From the UHGV virus genome UHGV-0171953: a stretch of 37,781 bases of DNA; one strand, given 5' to 3'. A model generated the notes under the pieces. The model worked only from the letters and a program-made list of their open reading frames with translations, was not told where the DNA came from and ran no database searches. The position numbers were made by a program, and so were the translations under genes. Source of the DNA: a virus. Positions 36,977 through 37,781 of this stretch are shown here, piece after piece (position 1 is the first letter of the stretch; every line of letters begins with the position of its first letter).

Positions 36977-37781
36977 ACCCGAGTTAGCCATTAATCCTAT
37001 AGCTAAAGAAGTGTCTTGAACACTATATCCTAATGCACCAGCGACAGGAGCGGCATATTTAAAAGTTTCTCCCATCATCCCGACGTTAGTATTGGCATTA
37101 CTACTTGCAGCTGCTAATACATCACTAAACATACCAGCATCTTTAGCTTTTAATCCAAAGCCTGTTAATGCATCTGTAACAATATCAGAGGTTGTTCCTA
37201 ATTCTTCTCCAGAAGCAATCGCTAAGTTTAGTATAGGTTCTATACCTTGGAGCATATCACCAGTTTTCCAACCAGCCATTGCCATATACTCCATACCTTC
37301 GCCTGCCTCTGCAGCACTAAATTTAGTTTTAGCTCCCATTTCCTGAGCTTTATTTTCTAATTTTTTTAGGTCATCCCCAGTAGCACCAGAAATAGCTGCT
37401 ACCTTATCCATTTGAGCCTCATATTCCATCCCAACATGAGCGGCAGCTATCCCTATTCCTGTTAAAGGTAAACTAACATGAGTAGTAAGTTTTCCACCTA
37501 TCTCTTGAGCTTTACTACCTACTTTTTTAAAGTTATTTCCTAAATCTTCAAGTCTTTTAGATGCATTTCCTACACTATGAGTATTTTCTACCTCTTTATT
37601 GAATTTGTTTATCGCAGATTGAGTTTTATTTACCTCTGCCTCTGCTTTATTCATTTGGGTTTCATAGTTTTGTAATGTCTTAGCATTATTTTCTACAGTT
37701 CTATCTAGCTTATCATGTTCTTTTTGTAATTCTTCTAAAGCTTTTTCAGTTTCTTTAGCTTCCTTACTTTCTTTACCATAG
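36977..37781 (-). CDS. Tail tape measure protein, exon 1 (continuing from 338..1)
   Basis: TP901-type core (TKFSAAEAGEGMEYMAMAGW...ETFKYAAPVA); the frame is open to the window end. Confidence 0.92.

Larger units (their letters stand above)
1..37781. mobile_element. Complete circular phage-plasmid (temperate siphovirus, Clostridium-like host)
   Basis: Full head, tail and lysis modules plus Rep_3, iterons and ParA. No integrase ORF seen. The tape-measure ORF continues in frame from position 1 to 37781 (...GCT ATT AAA AA|C TAT GGT AAA). Confidence 0.9.

Noticed and set aside
445..37346. Antisense ORFs in the track (e.g. 445, 2472, 3935, 4759, 5419, 6304, 6994, 9500, 11635, 15371, 16568, 17378, 21495, 26311, 28031, 28137, 30448, 31028, 32523, 33654, 34647, 37092)
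   Set aside because: They are shadows of well-supported genes on the opposite strand, with no recognisable motifs.

Overview
This window appears to be the complete circular genome (37,781 bp) of a low-GC, Clostridium-like temperate siphovirus that is maintained as a plasmid (a phage-plasmid). The tape-measure gene reads in frame across the window ends (338..1 joined to 37781..). There is no integrase, but there is a Rep_3-type initiator with iterons and a ParA/adaptor partition pair. The minus strand carries an HK97-type head module (HNH, TerS, TerL, portal, ClpP protease, capsid), tail genes, lysis genes and early lytic genes including an HUH Rep-like protein. The plus strand carries the repressor, plasmid maintenance genes and cargo (lipoprotein, GIY-YIG, KAP NTPase, putative bacteriocin plus immunity gene). 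The ORF track misses or misreads several features: (1) a 282-nt group I intron (36695-36976) splitting the tape-measure gene; (2) an SOS-box-controlled operon encoding an apparently non-cleavable LexA plus a 38-aa peptide, paralogous to a 53-aa peptide that opens the lytic operon, together a candidate antirepressor switch; (3) an in-frame TGA at a conserved Cys of the terminase-associated HNH; (4) a tRNA-like gene in the late leader; (5) a -1 frameshift tail chaperone; (6) three CATAAAA-N7-TTTTATG palindromes punctuating the cargo region. All product calls come from motif recognition and synteny by eye; no database searches were run.
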